Of a DNA stretch of 64,000 nt, positions 62,274 to 64,000 are shown piece by piece; the first letter of the stretch is position 1; every line of letters starts with the position of its first letter. The DNA comes from Octopus vulgaris. Lineage: Eukaryota. The stretch spans positions 38,006,001 through 38,070,000 of the forward strand of contig OX597840.1 of NCBI GenBank assembly GCA_951406725.2. Reading direction: 5' to 3'. The position numbers and the translations under genes are program-made. The notes beneath the pieces were generated by a model. That model ran no database searches, was not told the origin of the DNA, and worked only from the letters and a program-made list of their open reading frames with translations.

Positions 62274-62794
62274 TCTCTATATATAAACGGCAGTTTGTCT
62301 GTCTGTGTGTCTGTGTGTCTGTCAGGTTGTACCCTCAACCTAACCACGGCTTTCAACCGATTCTGATGAAACTTCACACACACATAGCCCAATGTCAGAA
62401 TTCAAAACTATCGCAGCGAAAATTTTGAAAAGTCTCCCCAGTTCTGAAAATAATCGATAAATTCGACATGGGGTCGAGAATCTAAGCTTTTTATTTGCAA
62501 CACATTTTCTGTTGTAGTTTTCGCAACTTGCAATCGATTTTCACCAAACTCATGGTGATGCTTAAGGTTACCCTAAGAAACCTAATTCTGACATTAGTTT
62601 TCCACGCAATACCTTACCATCAGAAAAAATCGATAAAATCACGCCATTTTGGGAAATCGCGTTCAAATTCAAGATGACATATTTTCCACATTATCATTCA
62701 CAAATTGGCAGGAATTTTTTTAAAATTCACAGCAAGCATCATGTCTTCTCCAGGGGCTCTTACATACCCGGGCAATGCCGGGCTATGCTGCTAG
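62274..62794 (+). mobile_element. Non-autonomous Helitron
   Basis: 5' TCTCTATATATAAA followed by (GTCT)/(GT) repeats; 3' hairpin CCCGG gcaatg CCGGG (62767-62782), then CTAG|T at 62791-62795. Confidence 0.85.
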
Positions 62795-63629
62795 TATCAA
62801 ATAATAATTTTAAATACTTATCACGTATATAAACTTTGAAATGTTCATATATGTGCCTTTTTTTCATATAAACTCTCATATAGTGAAGTGAGCTGGCAGA
62901 ATACTCAGCATTTCAGACAAAATACTTAGCGGCATTTCTTCATATTTTACGTTTTGAGTCCGTAACATATGTACTATTTCAGAACTGAGTCTATATGTAA
63001 ACCCTTTTTACCCCTCTTTCGGCGTTACTGCCATCGTAGAAAGACATCGGAACCAATATTAGCTCGAGGTTATAGTAGCAGCTGTCGTTGATCTTATTAA
63101 AGTCCAGTTATATGCAAGACTATTTACATTTTGGCCGACATTCTTGCTGATAATTGGAGACATTTAATATGAAATATATTAGTGTTTTTGCTGATTAGTA
63201 ACATATGGGCCCTAACGGAAAACAAGCCTGTGATCTACGGCATCACAGGTATAACTAAACAGTCGGTTTCAGAAGTAATTATCTGACAGATAATTTAATG
63301 CAAAAGAGAATAGATTTAATATTTATTGCAATATAGCATCAATATTCGGCGCTCAGACAATTAGAGAGAAAGACCGTCATGATAATGTTTTTGTTCGTGT
63401 AATGTAGCCCTGGACGAGCCAGGAGCTAAAGAACCTGGTTTCTAGGATGAATAGAAGAAAACCTAGAGTCTGATTGTTTGTCGCAAATAAAAGAAAATGC
63501 GGTCGGATGCTTAAAAATGTAAGCACCATGATTCTTCAGACTCTAGTACCTTATTAGGAAACCTGAAAGAATGTCAAAACGTGTTTGTGTTTGTGTGTGT
63601 GTGTGTGTGTGCGGGTTTCTGTGTACTAA

Positions 63630-64000
63630 TCTTTATATATAAAAGTGAAGTTGTGTGTCTGTCTCCTACGATTTAGATACCTAACTACTCGCACACTTTG
63701 CGGTGCAGTTTAACCAAAACCGGGTATTTTATAGTCGTGATTCATATGGAGCCCTTCTGGGTATTAGCGCGCGTCTACGATGAGTCTACGATTTAAAAAA
63801 AAATTACCATCATTTTTTCCATTTTAATGCATTTCTTTCGCTATTATATAAGGGAAGTAACTCTCTAAAAATGTCTACGATTAGTCATCGATTTAAAAAA
63901 AAAATTACCATAATTTATTTTCCATTTTTAATGCATTTTTTTGCTACTTTTTGGCTATAACTCTCTAAAAATGCTTATATAGTTATTTCCCTTACAAACC
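63630..64000 (+). mobile_element. Probable Helitron 5' end with ~100-bp internal tandem repeats, running off the window
   Basis: A|TCTTTATATATAAAAG start followed by GTGTGTCTGTCT. GTCTACGA...TAACTCTCTAAAAAT units start at 63773 and 63873. The 3' end is not visible. Confidence 0.6.

Overview
AT-rich eukaryotic DNA saturated with microsatellites. The SINE families and repeat landscape suggest a cephalopod (octopus-like) intergenic or intronic region; this is inference. No host protein-coding gene could be supported, and nearly all track ORFs are microsatellite translations. The main coding feature is a near full-length R4/Dong-type non-LTR retrotransposon (RT + CCHC + restriction-like endonuclease, ~30137-34304). 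It is preceded by two 5'-truncated Dong-type copies chained head-to-tail through (AAT)n tracts. Also present: a Tx1-clade fragment in (CTAT)n, a CR1 fragment in (TA)n, decayed mariner and RTE remnants, two non-autonomous Helitrons, a MITE and many tRNA-derived SINEs. The most notable non-coding signal is a set of hammerhead ribozymes in (TA)n-associated inverted or tandem repeats. The best is a 728-bp element (48043-48770) with a 350-nt repeat period and two intact type I hammerheads on opposite strands (retrozyme or Penelope pseudo-LTR-like). A second family has a ~50-nt expanded loop 2. All calls were made by eye; boundaries are approximate unless stated.
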